A DNA stretch of 64,000 bases from Anthoceros angustus (taxonomy: Eukaryota; Plantae; Anthocerotophyta), in assembly GCA_010909165.1 (NCBI GenBank), contig MU008180.1, positions 495,884-559,883 on the forward strand, given 5' to 3'. The notes beneath the pieces were generated by a model. That model was not told the origin of the DNA. It ran no database searches and saw only the letters and a list, made by a program, of their open reading frames with translations. Below, one piece after another: positions 37,996-50,414 of this stretch. Both the position numbers and the translations under genes were made by a program. Numbering within the stretch: position 1 is the first letter of the stretch; each line of letters begins with the position of its first letter.

Positions 37996-38226
37996 TGACT
38001 CAATTAAAACTCCCTTTTCAATAGGATGGAGAGAAATTGCTTTCTCAATTAGTATATTCAACCATACAGGAATAATTGCTTTATTTGCATCTAGATCTGG
38101 AGTATATATAGCCTTTCCACAATTAAGCATATTGAGCATAGTCCACCATGGATCTGTGGTTGTTGTTGTTTTGACTAGGATATTAATAATGAGTAAAAGG
38201 AAGCTTATTTTAAAATATGAAGTCAT
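37714..38226 (-). CDS. Small secreted Cys-rich protein, divergent Gnk2/DUF26-like (170 aa, intronless, AT-rich)
   Basis: Signal-peptide-like MTSYFKISFLLLIINILVKTTTT; GVSYCQG...CEECLRYIKGRLLESCPKSYVAYIGTNGCWCGY follows the Gnk2 pattern G-x-x-x-C-x-G...C-x2-CL...CP...A...C-x-x-Y; intact only in this copy. Confidence 0.6.
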   Translation of the reverse strand: MTSYFKISFLLLIINILVKTTTTTDPWWTMLNMLNCGKAIYTPDLDANKAIIPVWLNILIEKAISLHPIEKGVLIESYPGRKFEGVSYCQGVDFNMPNEDIPQPLVFTNPVDGAIMSKIECEECLRYIKGRLLESCPKSYVAYIGTNGCWCGYNYQIVPSFCPAPTLPFR

Positions 38227-39913
38227 TCAATGTTTTAAATTCTAATCTAAAAGAAATACATAGGGAATATCTATCTTACCAGAAAATATTTATAGCTATG
38301 TATCTTAAATAACATGTAAATAAGATGATGATATTTATTTTTAAATGTTTAGAACTCCTTGTACTATGACAAGTGTATGGAGGTACTTACAATGATGGAT
38401 GAGTTTATTCAGCTCTCTACGTATTTAAAAACATCCTTCTACCCACTTGGTTTAAGTACAAATTGAAGAGATATTATTTTACATTCTATATCATATAGTT
38501 CAACTTTTTATTCCATAAATAAATATTTATATATATATAGATCCTGCTGAAAAACGCACGTCAATAATTCCTTCAGGCCAACCCTTCCTATAATACGATG
38601 TCATGTTGTATGATGATCTCCAAAATGCTAATTCTACACACACTAGAGCTCCACAGCCATATACGGTCCACGGAAATAAGAAGAACTAGTGGTCTTCAGG
38701 CTTTATGTTCTTCGTGAATTTACCTTTACAAAGCCAACAACGGCATCTTCAACTATTTTGATTTCCCAGCTCTTCTGCTCTATAAACTCTCCTCATTTCC
38801 TTAAATTAAAGGTCGAATTTGGATTAGGTAGTCGAATCAGAAGAAATGTGGTAAGAGGAGACGGGTTACATTTCAGGTTGGCGCTGCTCCCCAAATCTGG
38901 CCGCAAGCACGATGCGGAACTGCAGCGATCCGCCATGCTGCCAGCGTGTGCAGAGCATTCCTCCCTGCGTCTGCGTCAGCGCCTGCGCTCGGGACCGCAT
39001 GCGCGTGCGCGAGGCAGGAGCTGCGGAGCTTCAAGATGCAAAACTTCTATCTGCCTGCCAAGAGCAGGGTAAGAGGCGGGAGGAAGTCATGTGCTGTGCG
39101 TCGTGCAGAGAGCTAGCATTGAAATGGCTGTTGCGCAAATGCGGAGCAGGTATCCACACCCAAGCCGCGGCCCAAGAGCTTGTCCAAGAAACAGCGCCCA
39201 GGAAAATACTATAAGACTTATATTGATTACCTATAGATTTAAAATACATATAATTTATTATACTATGTTTATGTACTTTTTCTCAAAAATATTTGCCTTG
39301 TTCTCACATTACATTATATTAATATGTTTCAGATGTGCAACTCCACGTAAGTGACATCACACTTCCAAAAGTCCGATAATAAACAAAAACTATGATTTCC
39401 AAAGACGTATGTATGAGATCATAAAGAGCAGAATATAATAACCCATAAACTTAAATTCCAAGCTATGTAGTTGTAAAAAGCAAACCATGTGCACATATGC
39501 AATTATACATTGGTAGTTGTTAGTGCCTTTAGACATAGAGGACCCGTGTGAACCCCGAGACCTAGCTTGATTACATAGTGGTGGCATTTTACACCACCTA
39601 TCGGGTTCAATAAAATCCACAAGATTCTTGAAAGATGGGAGATCATGATACCAAGTGGTTCATGAAAAGTTTTAGTTATAACACATGTACAATCAATAAA
39701 GTTTTATCAAAATATGGATTAAAAATATAGAAATAAGATAAGATACAAAATATATAAAAGTCTTGTTTGAATATATTCAAACAAGAAGGTGGTCTAAGGC
39801 ACCCATTAGCGATGATATCCAACAACAAGGGGCTAAGGAAATAAATTGCCTAATACAATAGCAAAATAAAGTATAGAAACCTTTTTAGATTATTCCATCT
39901 ACTATCCTATCTA

Positions 39914-40406
39914 AATGGCGTAGGTGCTGGACAAAAACTTGGTACTATTTTGATAATTGTAGCCACCAACATCCATTGGTTCCAATGTATGCGACATAGC
40001 TTTTAGGACAACTTTCTAGAAGCCTACCCTTGATATACCTAAGACACTCCTCACATTCTATTTTGACATTATAGCACCATCCACGGATTTGTGAAGACCA
40101 ATGGTTGTGGTATATCTTCATTGGGCATGTTAAAATCCACTCCTTGACAATATGAAACACCTTGAATTTTCTACCCTGGATATGACTCAATTAAAACTCC
40201 CTTTTCAATAGGATGGAGAGAAATTGCTTTCTCAATTAGTATATTCAACCATACAGTGAATAATTGCTTTATTTGCATCTAGATCCGAGTATATAGCCTT
40301 TCCACAATTAAGCATATTGAGCATAGTCCACCATGGATCCGTGGTTGTTGTTGTTTTGACTAGGATATTAATAATGAGTAAAAGGAAGCTTATTTTAAAA
40401 TATGAA
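39914..40406 (-). pseudogene. Frameshifted second full copy of the Gnk2-like gene (D4 copy 2)
   Basis: Same sequence as 37714-38226 with multiple 1-2 nt deletions; probably an unpolished duplicate. Confidence 0.7.
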
Positions 40407-41240
40407 GTCATTCAATGTTTTAAATTCTAATCTAAAAGAAATACATAGGAATATCTATCTTACCGTAAAATATTTATAGCTATGTATCTTAAATAACATG
40501 TAAATAAGATGATGATATTTATTTTTAAATGTTTAGAACTCCTTGTACTATGACAAGTGTATGGAGGTACTTACAATGATGGATGAGTTTATTCAGCTCT
40601 CTCTACGTATTTAAAAAAACATCCTTCTACCCACTTGGTTTAAGTACAAATTGAAGAGATATTATTTTACATTCTATATCATATAGTTCAACTACTTTTT
40701 ATTCCATAAATAAATATTTATATATATATAGATCCTGCTGAAAAACGCACGTCAATAATTCCTTCAGGCCAACCCTTCCTATAATACGATGTCATGTTGT
40801 ATGATGATCTCCAAAAATGCTAATTCTACACACACTAGAGCTCCACAGCCATATACGGTCCACGGAAATAAGAAGAACTAGTGGTCTTCAGGCTTTATGT
40901 TCTTCGTGAATTTACCTTTACAAAGCCAACAACGGGCATCTTCAACTATTTTGATTTCCCAGCTCTTCTGCTCTATAAACTCTCCTCATTTCCCCCTTAA
41001 ATTAAAGGTCGAATTTGGATTAGGTAGTCGAATCAGAAGAAATGTGGTAAGAGGAGACGGGTTACATTTCAGGTTGGCGCCCGGCACGCTGCTCCCCAAA
41101 TCTGGCCGCAAGCACGATGCGGAACTGCAGCGATCCGCCATGCTGCCAGCGTGTGCAGAGCATTCCTCCCTGCGTCTGCGTCAGCGCCTGCGCTCGGGAC
41201 CGCATGCGCGTGCGCGAGGCAGGAGCCGCGGAGCTTCAAG

Positions 41241-42811
41241 ATGCAAAACTGCATCTATCTGCCTGCCAAGAGCAGGGTAAGAGGCGGGAGGAAGTCATGT
41301 GCTGTGCGTCGTGCAGAGAGCTAGCATTGAAATGGCTGTTGCGCAAATGCGGAGCAGGTATCCACACCCAAGCCGCGGCCCAAGAGCTTGTCCAAGAAAC
41401 AGCGCCCGGATTCCGCTCCCTGTGGCACCACTAGGCCGGATGAAGCCCGCAACTACTGTCACCAGTGCTGGATCCCCATCTTCCATGGCAAGGTGTCGGT
41501 GGAGGTGGAGATGGCGAAGCTGGATCGCGTCATCCGCCGGCTCCTGATGAAGCAGAACGTCCCGGGCGCGCAACTGGCCGTGGCCAAGGCCGGCCAACTC
41601 AAGTTCTGGAAGGGCTACGGGGTGGCGGACAAGGAGTCGGGCCAGCCCCTCACTCCCTGGCACGTCCTCAGGATCTCCAGCCTCTCCAAGATCATCACCG
41701 GGACAGCCGTGCTCAAGCTCGTGGAGGTTTGCCTTGCCCTCGGCAAACCCTGGCTGGCCATGGCCATGCTTGCAACTCCTGCTCCGATGATGCATGTGCT
41801 GCCATGGCATGTGCTGTGCAGGAGCGGCGCCTCCGCCTGGAGGACAAGCCCTTCCTGCTGCTGGACGGGCTGGAGCCGCCGTTGAACGCGCATGTGGATC
41901 CCCGGCTGCCGGACATCACGGTGCAGCACCTGCTGCAGCACTCGGCGGGCTGGAACTCGGCAGCTTCCACCATGGAGCCGACGCTGGTGCCCGGGGCGCT
42001 CATGGTGTCGTGCGCCCTCGGGGTGTCTCCTCCGCCTTCCTGCTACGACATCATCCGGTTCATGAAGGGTCAGCCTCTCGACTACACGCCCGGGACCAGC
42101 TCGCATTACAGCAACTTTGGTTTTAATGTGCTGGGCCGGGTGATCGAGCGGGTCACCGGGATGAAGTATGAGGACTACGTGCAGCAGGAGCTCTTCAAGC
42201 CGCTGGGGCTGCGGTCCATGCGCATGGGGGAGACCAGGATGGACAGATCCGGGCCTGGGGAGGTTCGGTACTATGGCGTGAACGGCAAGTGCGCGGATGC
42301 GCTCTCCGTGTATCCGGGCGCCGGGTATGTGCAGACGGATTACGGCTTCACCGATCTGAGGAGGTCTGCCGATTCCTGTGCCGGGTGGGTGGGGAACGCC
42401 AGAGATGTGGCTTGCTTCACTGTGCACATGGACGGGCTGCGGAAGCCTGCGATTTTGGGGCCCCAGATGCTGGACGCCATGTTCGAGTCCCCTAAGTTGT
42501 GCGGTCAGAAGGAGAATATCCCTTACTGCGACATGCCGCGAGGCATGATCTGGTTCATGAATTTGGATGACAAAGGGAATGTTGAGACCTTCCAGCATGC
42601 TGGGTCTGTGCCGGGGAGCCACTCGTTCTGCATCAGGCTGGCGAAGGAGAACATAACCATGGTGTATCTGCTCAACACGCTGCCGGAGAAGCTGGCGTCG
42701 TTTGTTGTGGACACCGCGGATGAACTGGTGGAGGCTGCGAGGAGCATACAGTTGTGGCCTGACTATGATCTTTTCGACCTGCCGGAGGAAGGTGCAGTGC
42801 ACCACAGCTAG
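41241..42811 (+). CDS. Beta-lactamase/AmpC-family serine hydrolase, bacterial-like; inferred exons 41241-41276, 41358-41726, 41822-42811 (about 464 aa)
   Basis: SxxK (RISSLSK), ITVQHLLQHSAG, PGTSSHYSNFGFNVLGRVIERVTG (YxN), FQHAGSVPG (HxG) and terminal WPDYDLF; both GT-AG introns are phase 0 and join the ORF pieces in frame; the first exon is less certain. Confidence 0.9.
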
Positions 42812-42837
42812 GGCTTGCAAGGTTCTGCGTTCAGCTT

Positions 42838-45800
42838 CTAGACGCTGAGTTCACGGTTTTCGGAGGCGGTTTGCGATGTCAAAGGAGCGTGGCACAGAGA
42901 ACAGTGCCTGCGAGTCCTGGCCCTGTAGGCCAAAATGAAGTGCTTGCATTGGGAGCATTGCACGCGCTCGTCGCTCAAGATTGGCATGCTGCTCTCCAGG
43001 CAGATTGGGAAGGCCGCTCTGCATTCCATGTTAGGGCACCTGTTTTCGGACTCCTGCGCAAGTTACATGTTGGGAAGAGAGACGTTAAGTCAAGCAAGGT
43101 TGGGGACTCCAAGACGCCAGCCGGTTATGCTTTCACAGCACCTGAATAGGTCCGTCGCACTCTGGACATTTTCCCCTGGGGCTGATTTTTGGGTCCTCCG
43201 GCGGGTGCTGTCGGAAGATGGAGAACGCCAGGTCCTTGTACTCTTTCTTCTTTATCTCCGGGATGTCTTGCAGAGCCTCTAGTTTGATGAAGGCCTTGCT
43301 GCACTCCAAATACTTCTGCGCGAACAGGGAAGAGGGGACGGTTAGTTATGTTATCGCAGATTACCCTTTGAAGGGAGCTTGTAATTTTGTGACGATGTCC
43401 ACCTTGCTCTTAAACGCCGTGAGACCAATTAAGCAATAAATTTCTTCGACTCCTATTATGTCTTCATATTCCGTCAGCCACCGTGCTGCCTGTTGCACAA
43501 ATAGGGTTGGCTCTGGCTGGAACAGCTGTATGCTGCGTTGCAGACGAGTACCTCTAGTAAGAGAGCAAACCTTCAATGCTTGGTCGAAGTGGCCTGCATG
43601 CATGTCTCGGTGAGCTTGCAGCCAAAAGTGGTAAGCCTCTGCAGCCTTCCAAGGGTCTTCAAAAGGCTTCTGGTTCAATGCGGCTGCAGCATCATCCTGA
43701 AGCATTGCCTACAATCCATTCACCATGAATGATCTCCGCATTAGAACCGTGCAGGGGCGAGGCCCCAGATCATCCATTTTCTTAAAGCATTACCAGTGTA
43801 TCTGGTTCAGCCTTACACGGACTTACATCCAGAAGCCCCTTGAGCGTCAGAGTGGTTGTCCCTGGCAGACGACCGCCTTTGATATTGATGACCTGATTAT
43901 CATCAAAGTTTCTCAATGAACCTCTGCTACTCTATCAATGGGAGCAATCACGAGGGGAAAGCACCACCTGCGGCTGTATGCCTAAAGAGGAATTGTGACT
44001 AGCCATTTCCAATGCTGCTAGAACATACAGCTTCTTCACCTCCACTGGGCTTGCCTACACGAGCCAACACGCTTTCTCTGTAGCTTATGCAACACTGCCT
44101 TTGAACATGACGAGTTGATCCCACTGTACAAGCACAGTTTGACCAAAAGAGGGCAACCACCTTCTCACAAGCGGAATCTTCTGCAAGCTGTCTCAGCACC
44201 ACAGCAGCATGTGCATGTTTCCTTCCTTTCTGGAAGACCTCCAGCGCATGGAGTGGCTTCTCGGATTGCAGGAGAGACACAGTGTACTTCATAATGGCTG
44301 CATCCACTGCTTGCTCGCAGTTATGTTGCCTGGAAAGCTCCACAGCTTTATCCCAATGATTTAGTCCGACACAGCAGTCAATTGCAGCTTTGCTGTCACC
44401 TGCCCTGCAGAATGCTACTACCTGAGCACGAGGATGTCTGTAAGCAAGCAAAATGGTATAGGCACGCAGGACAGTTAACGGGTTTCAGTGCAGTATCTAA
44501 CCGCCTGTTCGCATAACCCAACACTCAAGAACTTTTGTGCTAGTGACGATAGAAGGGGTGACCCATCGTGTATTGTAGCTAGCAGCTTTTCCAGTCCATC
44601 CCAGTCCTCCAAAGAGTAAAAACAATCCACCAGTTTCTCACAGTTATTTGCTTGAGTGTAGTATTTGGCAGCGTTCACCCAATTCTGCCTGTCTACATAA
44701 AAATCCCCTATTTTGTTCCACGCAAGCTCCCGCAGTGCATCATTTCCCGTTCGTCCGTTGATTAACCTTTCGACTCTGTGCAATTTTAGAGGTTAACCTA
44801 CCATACTGCCTGCAGAGGTACGTTGAAAGCAACAAAGAACCCATGCAGAAACCAGTGGCAGTAGGCCCTTACATAAACCAGTCACCAAGCTTTATCCTCA
44901 GATCTATGGCTAGATCCATCCTATCCATTTCTACATACATCCGTTCTGCGTCATCGAAGCGCTTGAAGTAGACACAAATCTGGCAACCAGCAGCAGCAAG
45001 TAAGCAATGCATGCTTGTGCATGACAATGTGAAATTGACGACGCAGGAAATGCAGTCTGACTACAACCAAGGACAAGAGAGTGCGTAAGACTTTTGAAAG
45101 CATACTCGTCACCTCAGCCTTCTGCACTCTCTGGTCTCTGAATATGTGCAATCCTTTTACAAACTGGATCCCATAGTAATTTTGACATTGTACAAATGCC
45201 TGTGGATAGATCAGGTTCTTTCTTAGATCCAAGTTCTCAACACACATAATATCAAGAGAGAGTACTAAGAACAAAGACTCTCTTCTCAGCAATACGGAAG
45301 CTTGCTGAGAAGTTGGAGGGTCAACCTTCTCAGCAACGGATAGGTTGAGCTTGTCCAGTGCAAACTCAGCCAATGTCATCCAGAGCTTCGGATGGGAATG
45401 TTCTCTGACATATGAATACGCATCTTCAATGTCAACAGTTGCAAGAATTTGAAGGGTATCCCTTAGAGACTTGGTCTCATAACTGAACACATGGACTTTG
45501 CCTGGTTGCTCCGGATCCCCCATTATTTCATCCAGCTGGACTGCATGAATCTGTGAACAAAACAGAAGCATGACAAGTCTGAATTGGGATGGAGCTATTT
45601 TAAAGTCAAGGCTGTACATGCACTTAGAAATACTTACTTGCAGTCCGTGAAAGCTACAGAGATACGCAGTGCATGACACGGGTTCTTCTGGTTCTGTACC
45701 CCTCAGTATGTACATTCGGGTCTTTTCCATCACAGCCAGGAGGTCCTGATTGTCGCCTGCCCATTTCAAGTTCCAGACAGCTTTGCGCTCAAAATCCAGG

Positions 45801-48786
45801 ACCCTATTTCCAACTTCGCCCTGTAGTTAAGAGGACATGAATCAGACATAAGATCTCAGGCCACCATCGAAGGAGCTTCCCGATTGTCCAGAGCTCATAC
45901 ATGTGGAGAGGTAGCAACAGACCTGGCCGATTTTGTGGATATCGTAGAATGTCAAAAGACCATCCATGTCGATTACTGCCAGGCGTGTACTGTTGCAGTT
46001 CAACTGAATAACTGCATTAATACACACCAAGATGTTTAGGAGCAGATGCAGCACCAGGAACTACTCGCCATGTTTGCGAGACAGAACATTACCTTGAGGT
46101 CTGCATTTCAGAACATCCTGGGCCTCAAGTGCAAGTGTAGGCAGACTGTAGCGATGAACAATCCCAGATTCCCGACCCACCATCAAATATTTCTCAGTTG
46201 CACAAACACAACAAATCTGGTCTTCCCCGGCAAAGCCTGCAGCCCTCTGGTATGCCAACGGGAAATCAGCTCGCTGAATTAAAACTCAATCCCAGAAACA
46301 GAAAGCGGGGCATAGTGCAAAGGCTGTCAGCATGAATTTCTACAAAGGATAAGACTTCTACCTGGTCTGAGGAGGACTTTGTGTCATCAATGTGGAAGCT
46401 GCCTGACGAGCCGCTGTTTGCTTCTGCCGCGAATCCTTGTGTGCCTGATGCTAGGCGTTGTATACCGTTGCTATAGTTCCACCAGAATACAGTATGCTCT
46501 GATGATACGAAGATAGTGGTCTGAGAAAAAGACACCAGTTAGCTGAAGACTACACTACTACCATTATCAATTGCAAGAGCAAGAACGTACTAACCGAGTT
46601 CATGCACAGAAAGAGGGGCTCCACATGCATGTATTTTGAATCAAGAGGATTGCCAATAGCATTGCATAGAATCAAGATATAAGACTCCGGCTCTCCACTC
46701 TAGCACCAACCATAACAGCAAGAAGACATCAACATCCACCACCAACTCAATCGTTGGTGACCACTACAGGAGCAGCATCGGGAAGGCCTACCTTTGTGGC
46801 AAGAGCACAGTATTCTCCTGAACCACAAACAGTAACTAGTCGCTTCACATATTTGAGATACCTATTCCAGCAGGTATTCCCGTTGAAGGTCAGCTTGCAT
46901 GTGGAGAGCTTGGTATCACTATGTCTGGGGTATGCTCTCAGCCCAATACGATTACCTCTCGCCCGTGATAATATCCCAAAACATGACAGAGTGTTCCTCA
47001 AGGTCCTTTCTCTTGAACGAGTACACACAGGTGCTTCCTCCGAAAAAAGCCCACTTGTAGTCTGGCCTTATACTTGCAAGGTATACAAATTCATCAACTG
47101 CAAGAGCCAATCTCAGCCCGCTACCCTCCCATGCCAGAGCACTGCAGAAAGCACAAACACAATGTCAGGCAAAGGCAATAGAGGGTCTCAAGAGCATTCT
47201 CTTCCCTTTTCACTTTAGAAAATGTGGAACAATAAATGACAGACCTTTAATGGTTGACTACCGGGGCTACCTGGACAATGAATCTAGTGTTTAAGTATGT
47301 CCCTATGGCTACCTTGCTCTAGTCCCAGGTACATGAAGTGTCCTTATGTGGATACCAAAGTTTGAGTAAAGCTGCACTGTGCAAGATGCAGCCCCAGGTT
47401 TGCCTGTCTCAAGTCCAAGAACAGCAAGAACCTCACCATCTGCATTCCATTTGATGGATGATACAGTCATCCTGGTACCTACCAGGATAGGCTCCTCATC
47501 CAGCTCGTGTCGCATCAGCTAATATATCATCCAAGTCAGCAACAAAACTAACCAGGCTGTTTTAAGTATGACCATTCCAAAGTTTTTGTGGACCATCAAG
47601 AGCAGTCTGTGGCTTCATTACCTACTCACACTGCGAAAATCAAGAGGTGGCTTGAAATGACTCATCCACAAACGGAGCAGGCAACCCACCTGAATGTTTC
47701 CCATCTGCAAAGCGATTGCTAGTGTTGGTACATCAATATTCTGACCGTCGGAGCCATAGTACCAGTCTAGGCCAGCGATGGGGCAGGCTTCCTCTTCAGG
47801 CGGGAAGCTAAGAGCAAGTTGCGAAATAAAATTCCCGTTGCTGTCATAAATGTGGCATTCTCCCTGCACGACCAGCAACTAGTTCATGATCTCTGCATCT
47901 GCAGATTGCTCCTTTCCACAAGAAGAGTCACCACTTCATCGAAGTCTGCAGCATTAGCTCTCTGAAAAGCACAAAGAGACTGAGCTACTTCCCACTCTTG
48001 CTTCCCAATCTTGCCCAACGGATAGTTCAGAACAGGACCTGTGGCGAGCAGAATAGAAGCATCCTTGAATCTGGCGACCACGCTGCCAAACACAATTGAA
48101 GACCCAGTTCCTTGCCCCATATTCTGTTTCCATCCACATCCCCAATCACAACTTGCCCATCTTCATACACAATGCAGACGTTGAGGCCATCTCCCGACCA
48201 CCTCAAGTCCCGAACCACACTCTTGTTCCGATGGTTTATCATCTCCTCGAACCACATTCCCTACAAACAGTGAAATATGAGAACTCCATTCCACAACCCA
48301 ATTACAGCGATGCGGATAGCAGCTACCCCATTCTCTGCCAACCTTGTGCAGAACCCACACAATGACGAGCCCTTTCTCGTCACTCGACGTCAACTTCCGG
48401 TAGTTGGCATTCCAATTCACAGCGAGAACAGTCCCGTGATGCCCTTCCAAAGTCTGGTTCATGGAGAGGTTGGAAGCAGCTGCCATAGCGGGCACCATAA
48501 CTCCCCCCTTCGCAGCCACCCCTCCCCCTCCTCCTTGTCCAGAGTCCAGCTTCAAAACCTGCAAACCAGACAGCAACGTATGACTTCACCCGGGTCCAAA
48601 TTCCCACCTCATGTCCAAGAGGCTTGCGAGCTTGCAAAATGACATGTGCAATGCAGTCAACGTCATTGCCTTGAGCAGCCCCAGTTCTCCACCACATGCC
48701 AGCCAGCCCTGCTCCAAGTTCCATGCCACGCTTTTGACCTTAAGGCCATCGGGCATGCTTATCTTCTTGCTCAAATACAGAAACAT
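42838..48786 (-). CDS. IFT121: Intraflagellar transport protein 121 / WDR35 (many exons)
   Basis: [12 protein letters not shown]...[25 protein letters not shown]...[45 protein letters not shown]...PHPKLW-like [18 protein letters not shown] and a C-terminal CSQC...CSLCHAPL zinc finger. Confidence 0.95.
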
Positions 48787-49267
48787 GCTGCCTCGTATTA
48801 GGACCAGTGGCCCACGAACGGCCCAGGACCAGGTGGGCAACCCCGTGGAAACCAATAACCAATGCAGAAGCAAGGCCCTGTCAGATCCTGATTTTTTCGC
48901 AGATCCTGCTCATGTGCACAAGCACGTTTGCAGCACTCTTCTCAACGCAACAGCAGCATTCGTGCTTCTGGGCACATCTCCACATGCATGACATGCAGCT
49001 GCCACACCAGCAGTTTCTATATTTAGGTACCTAATGAATTTTTTAACACGATATTGGACAACCTTATTTTGCGCATCGTTTCGTTTTCAAACAGTAGGTA
49101 GATAGGTTTTAGGTACCCTTCACAGGTGTCTGGTTATTGCTGCTACATATATTGTAATATAGGTATAAAATTTAATTTTAATCAAGATCATATTTTTAAT
49201 GCGATGTAAGGAGAAGAAGATCCTTTCAACCTGTATATAAAATTTATTCTAGAATTCTACTACAATA

Positions 49268-49627
49268 ATGCAAAAGGTAAGGATAAGAAGAGTGAAAAAA
49301 CATAAAAAGCCAAATGCTTGGAAACCACCACCTCGATGCCTTTTGTTTCGAGCTACAAATGAGGTTATTACCAACTATGATGCTTTAGAAAGTAAGCTAT
49401 TTGTCTTGGGATGGGAAAAAAAGGCAGATAGGAAACCTGGTGTTAGAATCTATCAACTGGGTGAAGTGTCACCCTATATTATAAAACTACCTACAGAATT
49501 TGAAAAATTCAACATAATTGACTTGTATCATATTGTTGTGCAGACTCGCACTGCATTTGAGGTACAAGATGTCAATAAGCTTCGAAATAATAAGATTCTA
49601 AATGTACCAAATTCTTCAAGAACATGA
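49268..49627 (+). CDS. FLOWERING-PROMOTING FACTOR 1 (FPF1/ACE1/RAA1)-like protein, divergent, intronless, in an AT-rich island
   Basis: LLFRATNEVITNYDALESKLFVLGWE...IIKLPTEFEKFNIIDLYHIVVQTRTAFEVQD aligns by eye with the recalled FPF1 core VYLPTGEVVSSYSTLEQILQSLGWE...[31 protein letters not shown]. Confidence 0.8.
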   Translation: MQKVRIRRVKKHKKPNAWKPPPRCLLFRATNEVITNYDALESKLFVLGWEKKADRKPGVRIYQLGEVSPYIIKLPTEFEKFNIIDLYHIVVQTRTAFEVQDVNKLRNNKILNVPNSSRT

Positions 49628-50370
49628 AAAGTAGCTCCCACATGAAAAAATCAAATCATAGTAAAAGTATTTGTGATAAAAAAAATACAAAGTAACTATC
49701 TTACTTATTAGAAAAAGAACATAGTATTGACCATGACATAATCAGTAGATTTGTTTCTTGTGTATTTGAGAAAATTAATGAAAAAACTTTTAATACCAAT
49801 TTTCATCAATTTAAGTAAATGTGGAGACTTTATAAATATTCATAGATGGGGAGTCTCATCTAATATTTCTAGGGAGTCTCATCTACGACGGGGCGATGGG
49901 GAACAACCCTCTAACAATCTTAACAATGTGATTTTAGCAATCTTAACAATGTGTTTTCCTAACTACCAACAGTTATGTCCATATTAAAACATAATATTAA
50001 AATCATGAATCAAATAAAATACTTTTGATCTAGTGATTTTGTATTTTCTTAAACACATGAGCATTGGTGAGTTAAATCTATCAAACACATAACTAATTGT
50101 AAAAAATAATATCATATTCAAGAAATAATATAGGTATATGTAAATAACAATATTCTTAAAAAGGCTCAAATATTGGAGAGAGTGCAAGTGCAAATTGACA
50201 AGATGTGCATGACTTGAGTATTCTTAACAATATTATGTGTTTGAAATATGTATGTATTTTATGCAAAAAAAATATTTCTCCCCAGAAATATTCTAATTAT
50301 ATGATGTGAATGTTACACACTTGAAACCAATGCACATGAGTACACTTTTTTTTGCAAGATATTCCATCAA

Positions 50371-50414
50371 TGAGCACGATCATTAAAAAACTGAGCACGA
50401 TCATTAAAAAACTG
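50371..50414 (+). repeat. 21-bp perfect tandem duplication
   Basis: TGAGCACGATCATTAAAAAAC twice, followed by TG. Confidence 0.85.

Larger units (their letters stand above)
37001..41410. repeat. Tandem duplication D4 (copy 1 37001-39199, copy 2 39200-~41410; period about 2.2 kb)
   Basis: AGGAAAATACTATAAGAC restarts at 39200 inside the second exon of the beta-lactamase-like gene; duplicates the Gnk2-like gene and the hydrolase 5' end. Confidence 0.93.

Noticed and set aside
41615-42820. 401-aa minus-strand ORF
   Set aside because: Antisense shadow of the beta-lactamase-like coding sequence.
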